Positions 10,066 through 20,351 of a stretch of 59,159 nt of DNA are shown here, one piece after another. Position 1 is the first letter of the stretch. Every line of letters starts with the position of its first letter. A program made the position numbers and the translations under genes. Location: positions 1 to 59,159 of the forward strand of contig JAGUZK010000060.1 in assembly GCA_020060845.1 (NCBI GenBank), read 5' to 3'. The DNA comes from Candidatus Woesebacteria bacterium (GTDB lineage Bacteria > Patescibacteriota > Microgenomatia > UBA8517). The notes beneath the pieces were generated by a model, which ran no database searches, was not told where the DNA came from, and worked only from the letters and a program-made list of their open reading frames with translations.

Positions 10066-10434
10066 TTAGATGTTCTCCTCATGCACTTTACCTTCTAATA
10101 TTGCTCCGAGTACACCATTGACAAAACTTGGTGTACTTTCACTGCCAAAAAGCTTTCCCAATTCCACAGCCTCGTCTATAACAACTTTTGTGGGGGTACT
10201 GGTAAATTTAAGTTCATATACCCCAAGTCTAAGTATTGCCAGGTCAATTCGGTTTAGTTTGTCAATAGGGCGCTGAGGAGCAGCTTTTGAAATCATCTCG
10301 TCTATAGTTTTGACATTCTTCAAAATAAGTTTGGTAAGCTCAGATGCATTTTCTTGATTTGTAAATCCTTGTGCAAACAATTCCTTTACAGTCTTAATGC
10401 GTTTAATATGCCTGGGGTCTTTTGCTGTTTTCAT
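10066..10434 (-). CDS. nusB: Transcription antitermination factor NusB
   Basis: IDLAILRLGVYEL, VVIDEAVELGKLFG, FVNGVLG. ATG at 10434. Confidence 0.93.
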   Translation of the reverse strand: MKTAKDPRHIKRIKTVKELFAQGFTNQENASELTKLILKNVKTIDEMISKAAPQRPIDKLNRIDLAILRLGVYELKFTSTPTKVVIDEAVELGKLFGSESTPSFVNGVLGAILEGKVHEENI

Positions 10435-10460
10435 TGGGCAAATTCTAGCTCTTTTCAATC

Positions 10461-10625
10461 CTAGTCACGATAGTACCCGCAGTTGGGGCACGCCGTATGG
10501 TTTTTGCGAAGCTTGCCACATTTTTTGCATTTGACAACCCCACTAATTACCCTTCTTTTTGATGGAGAGTTTCTTCTCTTTCCGCTCCTTGAGTGTGTGT
10601 GTTTCTTTTTTGGAACTGGTGCCAT
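10461..10625 (-). CDS. rpmF: 50S ribosomal protein L32 (54 aa, absent from the ORF track)
   Basis: Manual translation MAPVPKKKHTHSRSGKRRNSPSKRRVISGVVKCKKCGKLRKNHTACPNCGYYRD, a zinc-ribbon L32. Confidence 0.95.
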   Translation of the reverse strand: MAPVPKKKHTHSRSGKRRNSPSKRRVISGVVKCKKCGKLRKNHTACPNCGYYRD

Positions 10626-10671
10626 AACTTAGCAATTTTAGTCTTAATAGGAAGAATGTGCAATACCAAGA

Positions 10672-12687
10672 TTAGTTTAGCAAAGTTATATCTCCATAGA
10701 AATATCTAAAGATTTGAGTAAACAGTTTTTTGTCTTTTGAAATTTCTTCTGAGGTGTTTTTGGCTTTTTTTATTAAGTCAAAATCACTCCAGCTAGCAGC
10801 TTTTAATTTTGAAAAGCCGCTTTGTGCGGTGCCAAAAATTTCTCCCGGGCCACGTAGTTCAAGGTCCATTTGAGCAAGTTTTGCCCCCGAATGATGTTTG
10901 CTAAGGAGGCTTAATCTTTTATGAATTTTTTCTGAGTGGCTTTGGGTGAACAAGAGGCAGTAGGATTTTTGGTTACCTCTCCCCACTCTGCCTCTTAATT
11001 GGTGTAGTTGGGCAAGCCCGAAACGCTCTGCTGCCTCAATCACTATTATTGCGGCTCTTGGAATATCCACTCCAACTTCTACCACAGCAGTAGAAACCAA
11101 GATGTCGATTTTTCCGTTTCTGAGATTGTCAATCACTCTTTCTTTTTCAGGAGTTTTTAGCCTTCCATGCAAAAGCCCAACACCAAATTCTGGAAATACT
11201 TTTCTAACATTTTCAAATTCTTTTTTTGCTGACTTTATATCTTTTAGGGATTCCTTGTCCGATTCCTCTATCAGCGGGCAAACTATGAAAACCGCAATTT
11301 TCTCATTGATTATCTTTTGTCTGATCCATTCATATGCCCCTACTCTTTTTTCCGGAGGAACGATCCAAGTTGTGGTGGGAATTCTGCCCTTTGGCATCTC
11401 GTCTAGCACTGAGAGGTCTAGGTCTCCATATAAACTCATTGCTACAGTTCTTGGGATTGGCGTTGCTGTCATAGTTAAAACATGCGGAATTTTTCCCTTT
11501 TTTCCACCCTCAACTATTAGGTGTGTCCGTTGTTCAACACCGAAGCGATGTTGCTCATCAATGACGACAAGTGCGACTTTGTCAAAGTCTAGGTTTCTAT
11601 GGAGAAGTGCATGGGTGCCAACAAAAATATCTGTTTTACCCTCGGTGGTTTTTGATATAGATCCAGAGAGAAGAGAAATTTTTATATCTTGATTTTTAAA
11701 TATGCTCTGTAGCGTGTTGTAGTGTTGGATAGCAAGTATTTGGGTTGGTGCCATAATTGCACTCTGGTATCCTAAAGTGTAAGCTGCGTAGCAGGCCGCA
11801 GCGGCAACTGCTGTTTTTCCCGATCCCACATCGCCCTCTAAAAGCCTATTCATTGGTGTTGTTTTTTGGAGGTCGCTGAAGATTTCTTTAATTGCAGTAA
11901 TCTGGCTGTTTGTTAGTTGAAAAGGAAGCATCTTTTCATATCTTGATAGGATGTCTTTTTTGATGTTTAGCTGAGCTGTGGATTTATGGGATTTCCAATT
12001 TTCTTTTCTTTTTTGGTTTGTGATGAAGAGTTTTAGCAACTCATTAAACCCCAGCCTTCTTCTTGCCAATTCTACTTTTTCAAGATCGCTGGGTTTATGG
12101 GCCGTTTGGACCGCATCCTTAAATGACATCATGCCAACTGCAAATTTTTCAGGAATAAATTCTTTTAGAAGCTCCGGATAATTGTCGATCAGGAAGCCAA
12201 TTTTTGTCCTAAACCACTTCGAGGTTATTCCCTTTGTCTCAGGATATATTGGGAAAATGAGCTTGTCACTTGAAGGTATAGAGCCTTCCCAGTGTTGAAA
12301 AAGTGGAGTAACTAGCGCCTTCTGTCTGCCAATCCATTCCACTCTTCCTGAAAAGATGTAATTGCTCCCCCTTCTTATAATCGATGAAAGGTATGGTTGG
12401 GAGAACCACACGGCCTTGATCTTGCCAAATTGGTCTGACAGCTCTGCTACAAACATTTTCTTCCCACTTTTTGAGTAGATGTGGGAAGTGTTATCTACCT
12501 GGGCTTTTATTGATACAGCTTCCCCCACTCTTGCTTGGGTTGTTGTTACTATCTTGCGGAAATCTTCATACCTAAATGGGATGTGGTATAGTAAATCCTC
12601 AATGGTAGTAATCCCCAGCTTTTCCATCTTCTTTTTTACGATACTTCCGACTCCAGAGATATCAGTTACCCGGCTGTGGAGATCCAT
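10672..12687 (-). CDS. recG: ATP-dependent DNA helicase RecG
   Basis: GDVGSGKT, DEQHRFGV, TATPIPRT, QLHQLRGRVGRG, DLELRGPGE. Confidence 0.97.
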   Translation of the reverse strand: MDLHSRVTDISGVGSIVKKKMEKLGITTIEDLLYHIPFRYEDFRKIVTTTQARVGEAVSIKAQVDNTSHIYSKSGKKMFVAELSDQFGKIKAVWFSQPYLSSIIRRGSNYIFSGRVEWIGRQKALVTPLFQHWEGSIPSSDKLIFPIYPETKGITSKWFRTKIGFLIDNYPELLKEFIPEKFAVGMMSFKDAVQTAHKPSDLEKVELARRRLGFNELLKLFITNQKRKENWKSHKSTAQLNIKKDILSRYEKMLPFQLTNSQITAIKEIFSDLQKTTPMNRLLEGDVGSGKTAVAAAACYAAYTLGYQSAIMAPTQILAIQHYNTLQSIFKNQDIKISLLSGSISKTTEGKTDIFVGTHALLHRNLDFDKVALVVIDEQHRFGVEQRTHLIVEGGKKGKIPHVLTMTATPIPRTVAMSLYGDLDLSVLDEMPKGRIPTTTWIVPPEKRVGAYEWIRQKIINEKIAVFIVCPLIEESDKESLKDIKSAKKEFENVRKVFPEFGVGLLHGRLKTPEKERVIDNLRNGKIDILVSTAVVEVGVDIPRAAIIVIEAAERFGLAQLHQLRGRVGRGNQKSYCLLFTQSHSEKIHKRLSLLSKHHSGAKLAQMDLELRGPGEIFGTAQSGFSKLKAASWSDFDLIKKAKNTSEEISKDKKLFTQIFRYFYGDITLLN

Positions 12688-12717
12688 ATTATACCTAAAA
12701 GGATATCACAAAGAAGC

Positions 12718-12834
12718 TTAGAAGGCGTAAAGGAAAAGCGGCAAAAAAGTTGACAGTAAAAGACCAAACGAAGCAATTATTAAAAGAAAGATGAAAAGGG
12801 CTCTTTTTTTGTCCTTAATCAATTTAATTTTCAT
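12718..12834 (-). CDS. Small single-TM membrane protein (38 aa, absent from the ORF track)
   Basis: MKIKLIKDKKRALFIFLLIIASFGLLLSTFLPLFLYAF; starts 7 nt after the tyrS stop and fills the tyrS-recG gap. Confidence 0.6.
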   Translation of the reverse strand: MKIKLIKDKKRALFIFLLIIASFGLLLSTFLPLFLYAF

Positions 12835-12840
12835 AAGGTA

Positions 12841-13989
12841 TTAATTAACCTGCACGAATATTTTTGTGCCTATCTTTATTTTATCACCTGTTTTTGTTTG
12901 ATAGGAAGGATCTATGACCGTAATGTTATTTACATCAACTGCATGCTCAAGTATCAATCTTTTTGCTTTTGTCTTGCTTCCCGCGATTTTGGCAATTGTT
13001 GCCACAAGAGTTCCCATATTCTCAACTTTCTGCTCAAACTTTGGATTTTGCCGTTGGAATGTTTCCTCAAAATATTGCTGTGCTTTTTTGGCATCTTCTT
13101 GAGAGTGTAGCTCCATGACAATTTGGTATGCGAGATATTTCTTGGCTTCCATTGGCGAGTGCATTATTTTGCTAGACATGTCTTTTATTGTCTTCTCGTC
13201 GAAGTTGGTTGCCAAAGTTAGGTATTGATTTATGAGGGAATCATCAATAGACATTACTTTTGAATACATTTGGATTGGGTCATCATCTACCCATATGGCA
13301 TTACCTTGGGACTTACTCATCTTTTTGCCGTCTGTGCCCATAAGATAGTCGGTGACGAGTATGAATGATTCCTTGTTGCGTAGGTCTTTCTGTAATATTC
13401 TTCCCGCTTGCATATTAAATGTTTGATCGGCAGCTCCGATTTGGATATCCGTGTCCATCCAGTAGCTGTCATACCCCTGCATCACCGGGTATAGAGCTTC
13501 GTCTAAACGGACTCGTTTACCGGACTTTAGTCTCTCTTTAATTAGCTCGCGGCTAATAAAATCGCCAAGGCTGAAGTGTTGGGTTAATTTGATAATCTCT
13601 TCAAATGTAAGTTTTTTTAGCCAGCTACTGTTATAGCGGACGTTGATTTTGGTGACATCTATGATTTTTGATGCCTGACGGACATAATCTTTGAGATTTT
13701 TTCTAACTTCGTCCTTGGTAAGTATTGGTCTTTCGGAATTTTTGTCGGATGTGTCCCCTATCAGTGTGGTGAAATCTCCTATAAGAAAGGTCACATTGTG
13801 CCCAAGATCCACAAACTTTTGAAGCTTACGCAATGGGACAGTATGGCCAATATGGATTCTTGGTGCGGTTGGATCAATGCCCAGATAGGCATTAAGTTTC
13901 CTGCCGGATTTTAGCTGTTTTTTTAATTCCTCTTTAGATGGGATTATATTTACTACTCCTCTTGTTAATAATTCTTCGATAACGTCCAT
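12841..13989 (-). CDS. tyrS: Tyrosyl-tRNA synthetase
   Basis: GIDPTA..IHIGH, YPVMQGYD, KMSKS, C-terminal S4-like domain. Confidence 0.97.
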   Translation of the reverse strand: MDVIEELLTRGVVNIIPSKEELKKQLKSGRKLNAYLGIDPTAPRIHIGHTVPLRKLQKFVDLGHNVTFLIGDFTTLIGDTSDKNSERPILTKDEVRKNLKDYVRQASKIIDVTKINVRYNSSWLKKLTFEEIIKLTQHFSLGDFISRELIKERLKSGKRVRLDEALYPVMQGYDSYWMDTDIQIGAADQTFNMQAGRILQKDLRNKESFILVTDYLMGTDGKKMSKSQGNAIWVDDDPIQMYSKVMSIDDSLINQYLTLATNFDEKTIKDMSSKIMHSPMEAKKYLAYQIVMELHSQEDAKKAQQYFEETFQRQNPKFEQKVENMGTLVATIAKIAGSKTKAKRLILEHAVDVNNITVIDPSYQTKTGDKIKIGTKIFVQVN

Positions 13990-14085
13990 TAGGTTATTTT
14001 AGCTTAGACCCCAGCCCTTTTGCAAAAGACGATTTAATGGGGAGTTGGTTTGATTAGTTTGGATATTTTGCTAATATAAGACAAT

Positions 14086-16683
14086 ATGATTAATTGGAAA
14101 GAAAGGCGAAGGAGGATGTGGTTCTTAAAGCGAAAGCATTCAGTATCAAGCAAGACAAAGACATTTATCCTTATCTCAAGGGCTTTTTTTTGGGGAGTAA
14201 TCGCGCTTTTGATTTTCATTTTTGTTGGTATTCCTGTGTTTGCATTAACTCTGCCTTCCCCCGAGAAGGTTGTCCGCAAGGAGGGTTTCTCGACCAAGAT
14301 TTTGGACAGGAATGGTGAAGTTCTATATGATGTCTATAAAGACCAAAAGAGAACCCCCGTTGAATTGGAGGAAATATCAGATTGGGCTAAGATTGCCACA
14401 ATCTCGATTGAAGACAAGAATTTTTACGAACACCAAGGATTTGACCCAATCGGCATTCTTAGGGGCATCTTAAGGCTTTTCACAAGAGGCAGAGCTCAGG
14501 GAGGCTCTACGCTCACTCAGCAATTAGTTAAGAATGTCCTTCTTTCTTCAGAACGCTCACTGACAAGAAAGATTAGAGAGTTTATCCTTGCAATTCAGAT
14601 TGAGAGAAAATACTCAAAAGACGAGATTCTCAAAATGTATCTTAACGAAGCACCGTATGGTGGAGCAATATATGGTATTGAGGCCGCATCCGAAAGTTAT
14701 TTTGGGAAAAGTGCAAAAGACTTAAATCTTATTGAGTCAGCGATTCTTGCAGGTATTCCTCAAAGGCCTACTTATTACTCTCCCTACTCCGAGGAAAAGG
14801 CTTACAAAGATCGAACCAAACAAGTGCTCCGTAGGATGAAAGAGGATGGGAAGATAACTCCTGAACAGGAAAAACAGGCTCTAGAAGATCTAGAGAGTGT
14901 TGAGATAAGAGAAAGAGGCGCTTCTTTTCGCGCTCCACATTTTGTTTTATATGTCCAAAAGATATTGGAAGAGAGATATGGTGAGGAGTCGGTTGAGCAA
15001 GGTGGGTTAAAGGTTACTACCACCCTTGATTTAAGTATTCAAGAGGAAGCCCAAAAAATTGTTGCTGAGGAGATATCAAAAGTGGAAAAGGTTCACATAA
15101 CAAATGGGGCGGCGGTTGTCATCAACCCACAAACTGGTGAGATTCTTGCTATGGTTGGTTCAAAGGATTTTAATGCTAGTGATTATGATGGACAGGTCAA
15201 CGTGACTCTCTCCCTTCGCCAGCCTGGATCGGCCATTAAGCCATTTACATATGTTACAGCCATCAAGAAAGGATATACTGCCTCCAGCCTCTTGATGGAT
15301 GTTCCAACAAAGTTTTATGGAGGCGAAGGCCAACCCGATTATGAGCCGGTAAATTACGATGGTAAGTATAGAGGGCCGGTGCAAGTTAGATATGCTTTAG
15401 GAAATTCTATAAACATTCCAGCTGTTAAGATGCTAGCTCTAGTGGGAATCAAGGACGTATTGCAAACTGCTTATGAGATGGGTATTAGGTCCCTCGAGCC
15501 AACTCCAGAAAACCTATCGAGGCTTGGATTATCCCTAACATTAGGAGGAGGAGAGGTAAGGCTTTTGGATATTACCGATGCCTATAGTGCTTTTCTTAAT
15601 GGTGGATTTCGTGTAGACCCCGTTGCTATATTGAAGGTAGAAGACCAGAAAGGAAAGGTTCTTGAGCAGGCCAAACTGGATAAGGGAAAGAGAGTATTAA
15701 CCCCAGAGCAGGCCTACATGATGGTAGATATTCTTTCTGATAATGATGCTAGGAAAGATGTGTTTGGAACAAATTCACTTCTTAGTATACCGGGAAGACA
15801 GGTAGCAGTAAAAACAGGGACGACGAATGATAAACGTGATAATTGGACCATTGGTGGTAATATGGATGTGGTAGTTGGGGTTTGGGTTGGAAATAATGAT
15901 AATTCTCCCATGCTTCAAGTAGCATCCGGCGTGTCTGGAGCAAGTCCAATTTGGAGAAGGATACTTCTTAAGGCCCTGGAAGGAAAGCCTCCTAAGTCCT
16001 TCGAGGTTCCAGGGGGCATAGTTACCGCGGCAGTGGATTTAGTCTCGGGTTATGCAGCCCACGATGGTTTTCCATCTAGAATTGAAAAGTTTATTGACGG
16101 AACACAACCTGGCGATGACCCAGTACATGTTAAGCTTAAGGTCTGTAAAACCGATGGGAAAAAAGCAACTCCTGGGGATATAGTTAGTGGGAATTATGAA
16201 GAAAAAGAGTATTTTATTTTTAAGGAAAAGGATCCATTTGCTAAAGAAGGTGAAAATCGCTGGCAAGATGGGATAAATCTTTGGCTGGCAACTCAAGCAG
16301 ATCCCCGCTACCATCCACCAGAAGACTTTTGCGGGTCGACTAACCCCGTTAGTGTTGAATTTGTAAATCCCAAGGATCAAGACTCGAATCTTGGCAATAA
16401 TATAACCATTGAGGTTAGAGCCGACTCGGTTAACAAAATTTCAAATGTTGAGATAGAGATTGACGGGACACATGTAGCAACTCTTGTCTCAAGGCCATTT
16501 AGGCATTTGACAACATTGCCTGATGGCGTGCATACCATTAAAGCTATTGCAAAGGATGAGAAAGGAAATTCTGCCGATAGAACCATTAAGATTGGGATAA
16601 ACAGGCCCTGGGATTATGTTACCCCCACCCCATCCCCTACTATCACTCCCACCCCCACAGTCTTAATAAGTATAACTCCCTAA
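14086..16683 (+). CDS. Class A penicillin-binding protein with C-terminal Ig-like domain and Pro/Thr tail
   Basis: EDKNFYEH, GGSTLTQQLVKN, RKIRE (transglycosylase); SAIK, SIN, KTGT (transpeptidase); TPTPSPTITPTPT tail. Confidence 0.95.
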   Translation: MINWKERRRRMWFLKRKHSVSSKTKTFILISRAFFWGVIALLIFIFVGIPVFALTLPSPEKVVRKEGFSTKILDRNGEVLYDVYKDQKRTPVELEEISDWAKIATISIEDKNFYEHQGFDPIGILRGILRLFTRGRAQGGSTLTQQLVKNVLLSSERSLTRKIREFILAIQIERKYSKDEILKMYLNEAPYGGAIYGIEAASESYFGKSAKDLNLIESAILAGIPQRPTYYSPYSEEKAYKDRTKQVLRRMKEDGKITPEQEKQALEDLESVEIRERGASFRAPHFVLYVQKILEERYGEESVEQGGLKVTTTLDLSIQEEAQKIVAEEISKVEKVHITNGAAVVINPQTGEILAMVGSKDFNASDYDGQVNVTLSLRQPGSAIKPFTYVTAIKKGYTASSLLMDVPTKFYGGEGQPDYEPVNYDGKYRGPVQVRYALGNSINIPAVKMLALVGIKDVLQTAYEMGIRSLEPTPENLSRLGLSLTLGGGEVRLLDITDAYSAFLNGGFRVDPVAILKVEDQKGKVLEQAKLDKGKRVLTPEQAYMMVDILSDNDARKDVFGTNSLLSIPGRQVAVKTGTTNDKRDNWTIGGNMDVVVGVWVGNNDNSPMLQVASGVSGASPIWRRILLKALEGKPPKSFEVPGGIVTAAVDLVSGYAAHDGFPSRIEKFIDGTQPGDDPVHVKLKVCKTDGKKATPGDIVSGNYEEKEYFIFKEKDPFAKEGENRWQDGINLWLATQADPRYHPPEDFCGSTNPVSVEFVNPKDQDSNLGNNITIEVRADSVNKISNVEIEIDGTHVATLVSRPFRHLTTLPDGVHTIKAIAKDEKGNSADRTIKIGINRPWDYVTPTPSPTITPTPTVLISITP

Positions 16684-16741
16684 AAAAGAGGATATAGTAA
16701 TTAGTATTTTTTTGTGTTAGAGTATCTAATATAGTTTTGAG

Positions 16742-17113
16742 ATGCCAGAGAGAGAAAGGGAAAAAGGGTACCCGCTTGAGATAGATGGTGTTTCTTACCA
16801 AATTGACCCGTCTTCGAATGATATAATTTCTTTATTAGTATACACGGCTAGAAAGGATAGCGAAGGAAGGGTTGCGGAGTTGGTAAGAAGGATTTACAGA
16901 GGCAGGCACGGAAGAAGGCTGGGAAAAGAGAATCGGAGAGCTCTTTTTGAAGAGCTCAATAAAGAACAGCGTATAGCTGATGCTCTTGCCGGTAAAATCC
17001 CAGCAGATATAAGATTCATATTTTCTGAGGTGGACGGGGAGAAAAAAATCGTTGGGATTGAGATCAAAGGTGGAGAGCATAGTTTCAAAGGAAAAAGGAT
17101 AACTCGTGGTTAA
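16742..17113 (+). CDS. Hypothetical protein
   Basis: 123-aa ATG ORF filling the gap and overlapping the pheT stop by 4 nt; no motif recognised. Confidence 0.5.
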   Translation: MPEREREKGYPLEIDGVSYQIDPSSNDIISLLVYTARKDSEGRVAELVRRIYRGRHGRRLGKENRRALFEELNKEQRIADALAGKIPADIRFIFSEVDGEKKIVGIEIKGGEHSFKGKRITRG

Positions 17114-19083
17114 CTTTTAACTGCTGCTTGGAATTTTTCTTCGATCTCTTTCAGGACTTGTTTGCGGATCTTTTCAACCTCTTGATCACTTAAGGTTTTT
17201 TGCGGGTGCGAATAATATAGCCTTAGAGTTACGAAATTCCCAAAGGTGTCAACCAGATACACATTATTGACCATCTCTACTTCTTTGATAGTCTTTATAA
17301 TTTTGCCCAATTGTGTGTTTTCTCTGATGGTTAAAGTTATATCTTCTATTTGGGGCGGGTATTTGGGTAGAGGCTTAAATATACTGGGACTGACCAGTTT
17401 CTTGAGAGATCTGATGTCTAGTTCGAAGGCTAATAGATCCTTCTTTATTGAAAAATTTCTAAGCACTTCTGGGTGCAATTCACCAAAGATGCCAATTTCA
17501 AGATCTCCTTTCTCTATTATTCCAGCTCTGGTTGGGTGCCAAATACCACGCTTTGTTATTACTGGCTTTATTTCAATATCATTTATGTTTAGCCGATCAA
17601 GCAAAAAGTCGATAACTCCCTTAAGCTCTCGGAAATCCAAATCGCACGAGACCGCAGATAATTTATAGATTTCTTTTGCCTCATCGACGGGACCCAAGTA
17701 GATCTTGGCAAATTCAAAAAGTCTCAATTCTTGGGCATTCGTATTTGCTCTGACTGCACTAATTAATGAGGGCAAAAGACTGGTACGCATGTACTCATAT
17801 TCGAGGCTGGCAGGATTTGCGATCCGGATATGGATTTCCAAATTGAGGTTAGCTTTTATTATTGTGTCCTTCGATGTAAGCGCGGAACTGTTAATCTCAA
17901 AAAACCCCGCTGAGGAAAGCATATTTTTAAGGAGAATTTCAAATTCTCTATCATATGAATAAGGGATTTGATATTGGGTGGCATTTCCTCCTGGAAGAGT
18001 TTTACTAAAACTGTTGTATCTGTAAAGTCTTGCTATCTCTTCGTATAAATCTTCTTTAATATTGATATCGCAGCGATGGTCTGGAATTTGACATTTTATT
18101 TTTTTTCCAGAAATAGTTGTGGCAAATCCAATTCTCTTAAGCATTTTTATTAGTTCATTTGCCAAAATTTCAGTTCCTAAGAAATTGTTTAAGTCGTCTA
18201 AATCAATATTCACTTCTCTTTTTTGCTTAAGAGTTTTTGGGGGATAATTGACGAGGCAGGAGGGTTTTCCTCCTGCATATTGGCTGACCAGATCGGTTAC
18301 TCTTGTTAATACTTTGTCTACTAGGAACACGCTTGGACTTCGCTCATATATGTAGCTAGCATCAGAGGAGAGTTTTAGCGTTTGTGATGTTTTACGAATA
18401 AGGACGGGATGATACACTGGGACATGGATAAATATGTTTTTAGTAGTTTGGGAGATACCAGTATTGGCGCCCCCTTTTATTCCGCACAAATCAATTACCC
18501 GGTTTTTGTCTTTGATGATAATTGCATCCTTCGGCAGCTTATAGGAGATATTGTCTACGCTTTCGAAATCTTCACCCCCTGTCGAGAGAGTCATCTTTAG
18601 TCTTTTTGTAAGGAACTTATCATAATCAAATGCATGTGTCGGAATTCCCAATTCGAACATTACAAAGTTAGTGATATCAACAATGTTATTGATTGGTCGC
18701 AAACCAACGAGTTTGAGTCTTTCTTGCAGCCAGAGGGGGGAAGGTTCTATAGTAATATCTGATATAGTTACACCAGCGTAAGCGCTAGCTAGTTTTGGAT
18801 CGAGGGATACTTCAATAGGCAATGAGCCGTCAAGATTGGTGAGTTTTTTGCTTGATGGTAGAGCCATCTCCGAGTCTTCTAAAAAGGCTATTTCTCTTGC
18901 TATGCCAGTTATTGAAAGCCAGTCAGGGCGATTGGGTGTGACTTCGATATCTAAAACCGGCTTATTGTCCACCGTTTCGTAACTTTCACAGGTTAAGCCT
19001 ATCTCAGTTAAGTTCCACATCAACTGTTTTATTGGGGTATTAATTTTGACGTAGTCTTCCAGCCAAAGTATCGGCGCTTTCAT
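17110..19083 (-). CDS. pheT: Phenylalanyl-tRNA synthetase beta subunit (short form without the B2 OB domain)
   Basis: EVTPNRPDWLS, RPINNIVDITN, EDLYEEIARL, MRTSLLP, FDX-ACB C-terminus. Confidence 0.95.
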   Translation of the reverse strand: MKAPILWLEDYVKINTPIKQLMWNLTEIGLTCESYETVDNKPVLDIEVTPNRPDWLSITGIAREIAFLEDSEMALPSSKKLTNLDGSLPIEVSLDPKLASAYAGVTISDITIEPSPLWLQERLKLVGLRPINNIVDITNFVMFELGIPTHAFDYDKFLTKRLKMTLSTGGEDFESVDNISYKLPKDAIIIKDKNRVIDLCGIKGGANTGISQTTKNIFIHVPVYHPVLIRKTSQTLKLSSDASYIYERSPSVFLVDKVLTRVTDLVSQYAGGKPSCLVNYPPKTLKQKREVNIDLDDLNNFLGTEILANELIKMLKRIGFATTISGKKIKCQIPDHRCDINIKEDLYEEIARLYRYNSFSKTLPGGNATQYQIPYSYDREFEILLKNMLSSAGFFEINSSALTSKDTIIKANLNLEIHIRIANPASLEYEYMRTSLLPSLISAVRANTNAQELRLFEFAKIYLGPVDEAKEIYKLSAVSCDLDFRELKGVIDFLLDRLNINDIEIKPVITKRGIWHPTRAGIIEKGDLEIGIFGELHPEVLRNFSIKKDLLAFELDIRSLKKLVSPSIFKPLPKYPPQIEDITLTIRENTQLGKIIKTIKEVEMVNNVYLVDTFGNFVTLRLYYSHPQKTLSDQEVEKIRKQVLKEIEEKFQAAVKS

Positions 19084-19084
19084 G

Positions 19085-20119
19085 TCAGTATTGTTTTAAG
19101 ATTCTTATGTCGGGATTGTACAGTATCCTTATGTCGTCAATTTGATACTTGAGGCAAACAGCGCGTGAGAGTCCTATGGCGAAAGCGAATCCCCGCCATT
19201 TTTCAGAATCAATCTTGCAGGCGTTGAGTACGTTGGGATGAATCATTCCGGCGGGCATAACTTCGCTCCAACCGCTCCGCTTACAAAATCCGCAGCCTTT
19301 ACCATTGCAGGCAGTACAGCTTATATAAGTATCAACCCCAGGTTCTACAAATGGAAAAAATGTTGTAGCAAATCTGATTTTTACACCTTGGCCGAATAAC
19401 TCTCTTAGAACAAAATCAATAGTCCCTAATAAATCTGTAAATCTTATATCCTCATCAACTGCAAATCCCTCAACTTGCCAGAAGTCTACACCATGGCTAG
19501 CGTCAACCTGTTCGTACCTGAAACATCTTCCCGGCACTACCACTCGAAATGGAGGTTTTGTCTTTTCCATTATTCTTCCCTGCATAGCGGATGTATGGGT
19601 CCTTGGTATTAATTCACCCGGCTTATTTTTGGTTCCTGTGGTATCAAAAAACATCGTCTGCTGGGCATCCCTTGCTGGATGGTCTTTTGGAAAATTTAAA
19701 ATTTCAAAGTTGTAATAGTCTTTTTCTATTTCTGGCCCGTCAGCAATTCTATATCCCAAGAAGCTAAATATATCAAGAATCTTAGTCAGCACCTTTGTCT
19801 GGGCGTGCAAGTTCCCAATTCGCGGGAGAATTCCTGGGATGCTTAAGTCAAACCACTCACTCCCCGAGATGGATTTGCTGGTAAACTCATTAATTCTTTG
19901 CTTGATGGCATCTTCGATTGTCTTTTTGGATTCATTTATCAAAGATCCCAGGTTTTTTCTTTCGCTGGGGTCAAGCTCTTTGATTCGGCTTAGGAGATTA
20001 TTGATTTTGCCATTTCTGCCAAGGTATTCAATGCGCAATCTTTCAAGCTCCTCTTCTGCAACTGCATCCATGATTTGCGCAAGAGCCGTGTTTTTAGTAT
20101 TTATAATTTCTTCCCGCAT
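19085..20119 (-). CDS. pheS: Phenylalanyl-tRNA synthetase alpha subunit
   Basis: HPARDAQ, RTHTS, FFPFVEP, GFAFAIGLSR. Confidence 0.97.
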   Translation of the reverse strand: MREEIINTKNTALAQIMDAVAEEELERLRIEYLGRNGKINNLLSRIKELDPSERKNLGSLINESKKTIEDAIKQRINEFTSKSISGSEWFDLSIPGILPRIGNLHAQTKVLTKILDIFSFLGYRIADGPEIEKDYYNFEILNFPKDHPARDAQQTMFFDTTGTKNKPGELIPRTHTSAMQGRIMEKTKPPFRVVVPGRCFRYEQVDASHGVDFWQVEGFAVDEDIRFTDLLGTIDFVLRELFGQGVKIRFATTFFPFVEPGVDTYISCTACNGKGCGFCKRSGWSEVMPAGMIHPNVLNACKIDSEKWRGFAFAIGLSRAVCLKYQIDDIRILYNPDIRILKQY

Positions 20120-20230
20120 TTATTTTATTATATTAGATAGTTGGCCCAGATGCATTATCTTGGAATATGCGACATTGTTTTGATATTTCCCGACAATGAT
20201 CATCATCCCTGGGCCGCGATGTTGGGCATT

Positions 20231-20252
20231 AAAAAACCCCGCTTTTGCGGGG
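20231..20252 (-). terminator. Intrinsic terminator (attenuator 3:4 hairpin) upstream of pheS
   Basis: Minus strand CCCCGC-AAAA-GCGGGG-TTTTTT. Confidence 0.85.
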
Positions 20253-20293
20253 GTTAAAACTTTTTCTTGGTCCAGCAAAGCTTTAACTCCCGC

Positions 20294-20338
20294 TTAGGCG
20301 AGAGTAAAGCCAAAACTGTTTACTTCATTTGTTTGCAT
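20294..20338 (-). CDS. Putative pheST leader peptide (MQTNEVNSFGFTLA)
   Basis: 14-aa ORF whose two Phe codons lie at the start of segment 1 of a 1:2/2:3/3:4 attenuator; same position as E. coli pheM (between rplT and pheS). Confidence 0.7.
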   Translation of the reverse strand: MQTNEVNSFGFTLA

Positions 20339-20351
20339 GACAATTTTGTTG

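Noticed and set aside
11102-11692. Long antisense ORFs (here and within pheT, mgtA, ddl and others)
   Set aside because: Shadow frames opposite well-supported genes.
13990-14085. T-box or attenuator before tyrS
   Set aside because: Spacer is under 100 nt with divergent promoter-like boxes only.
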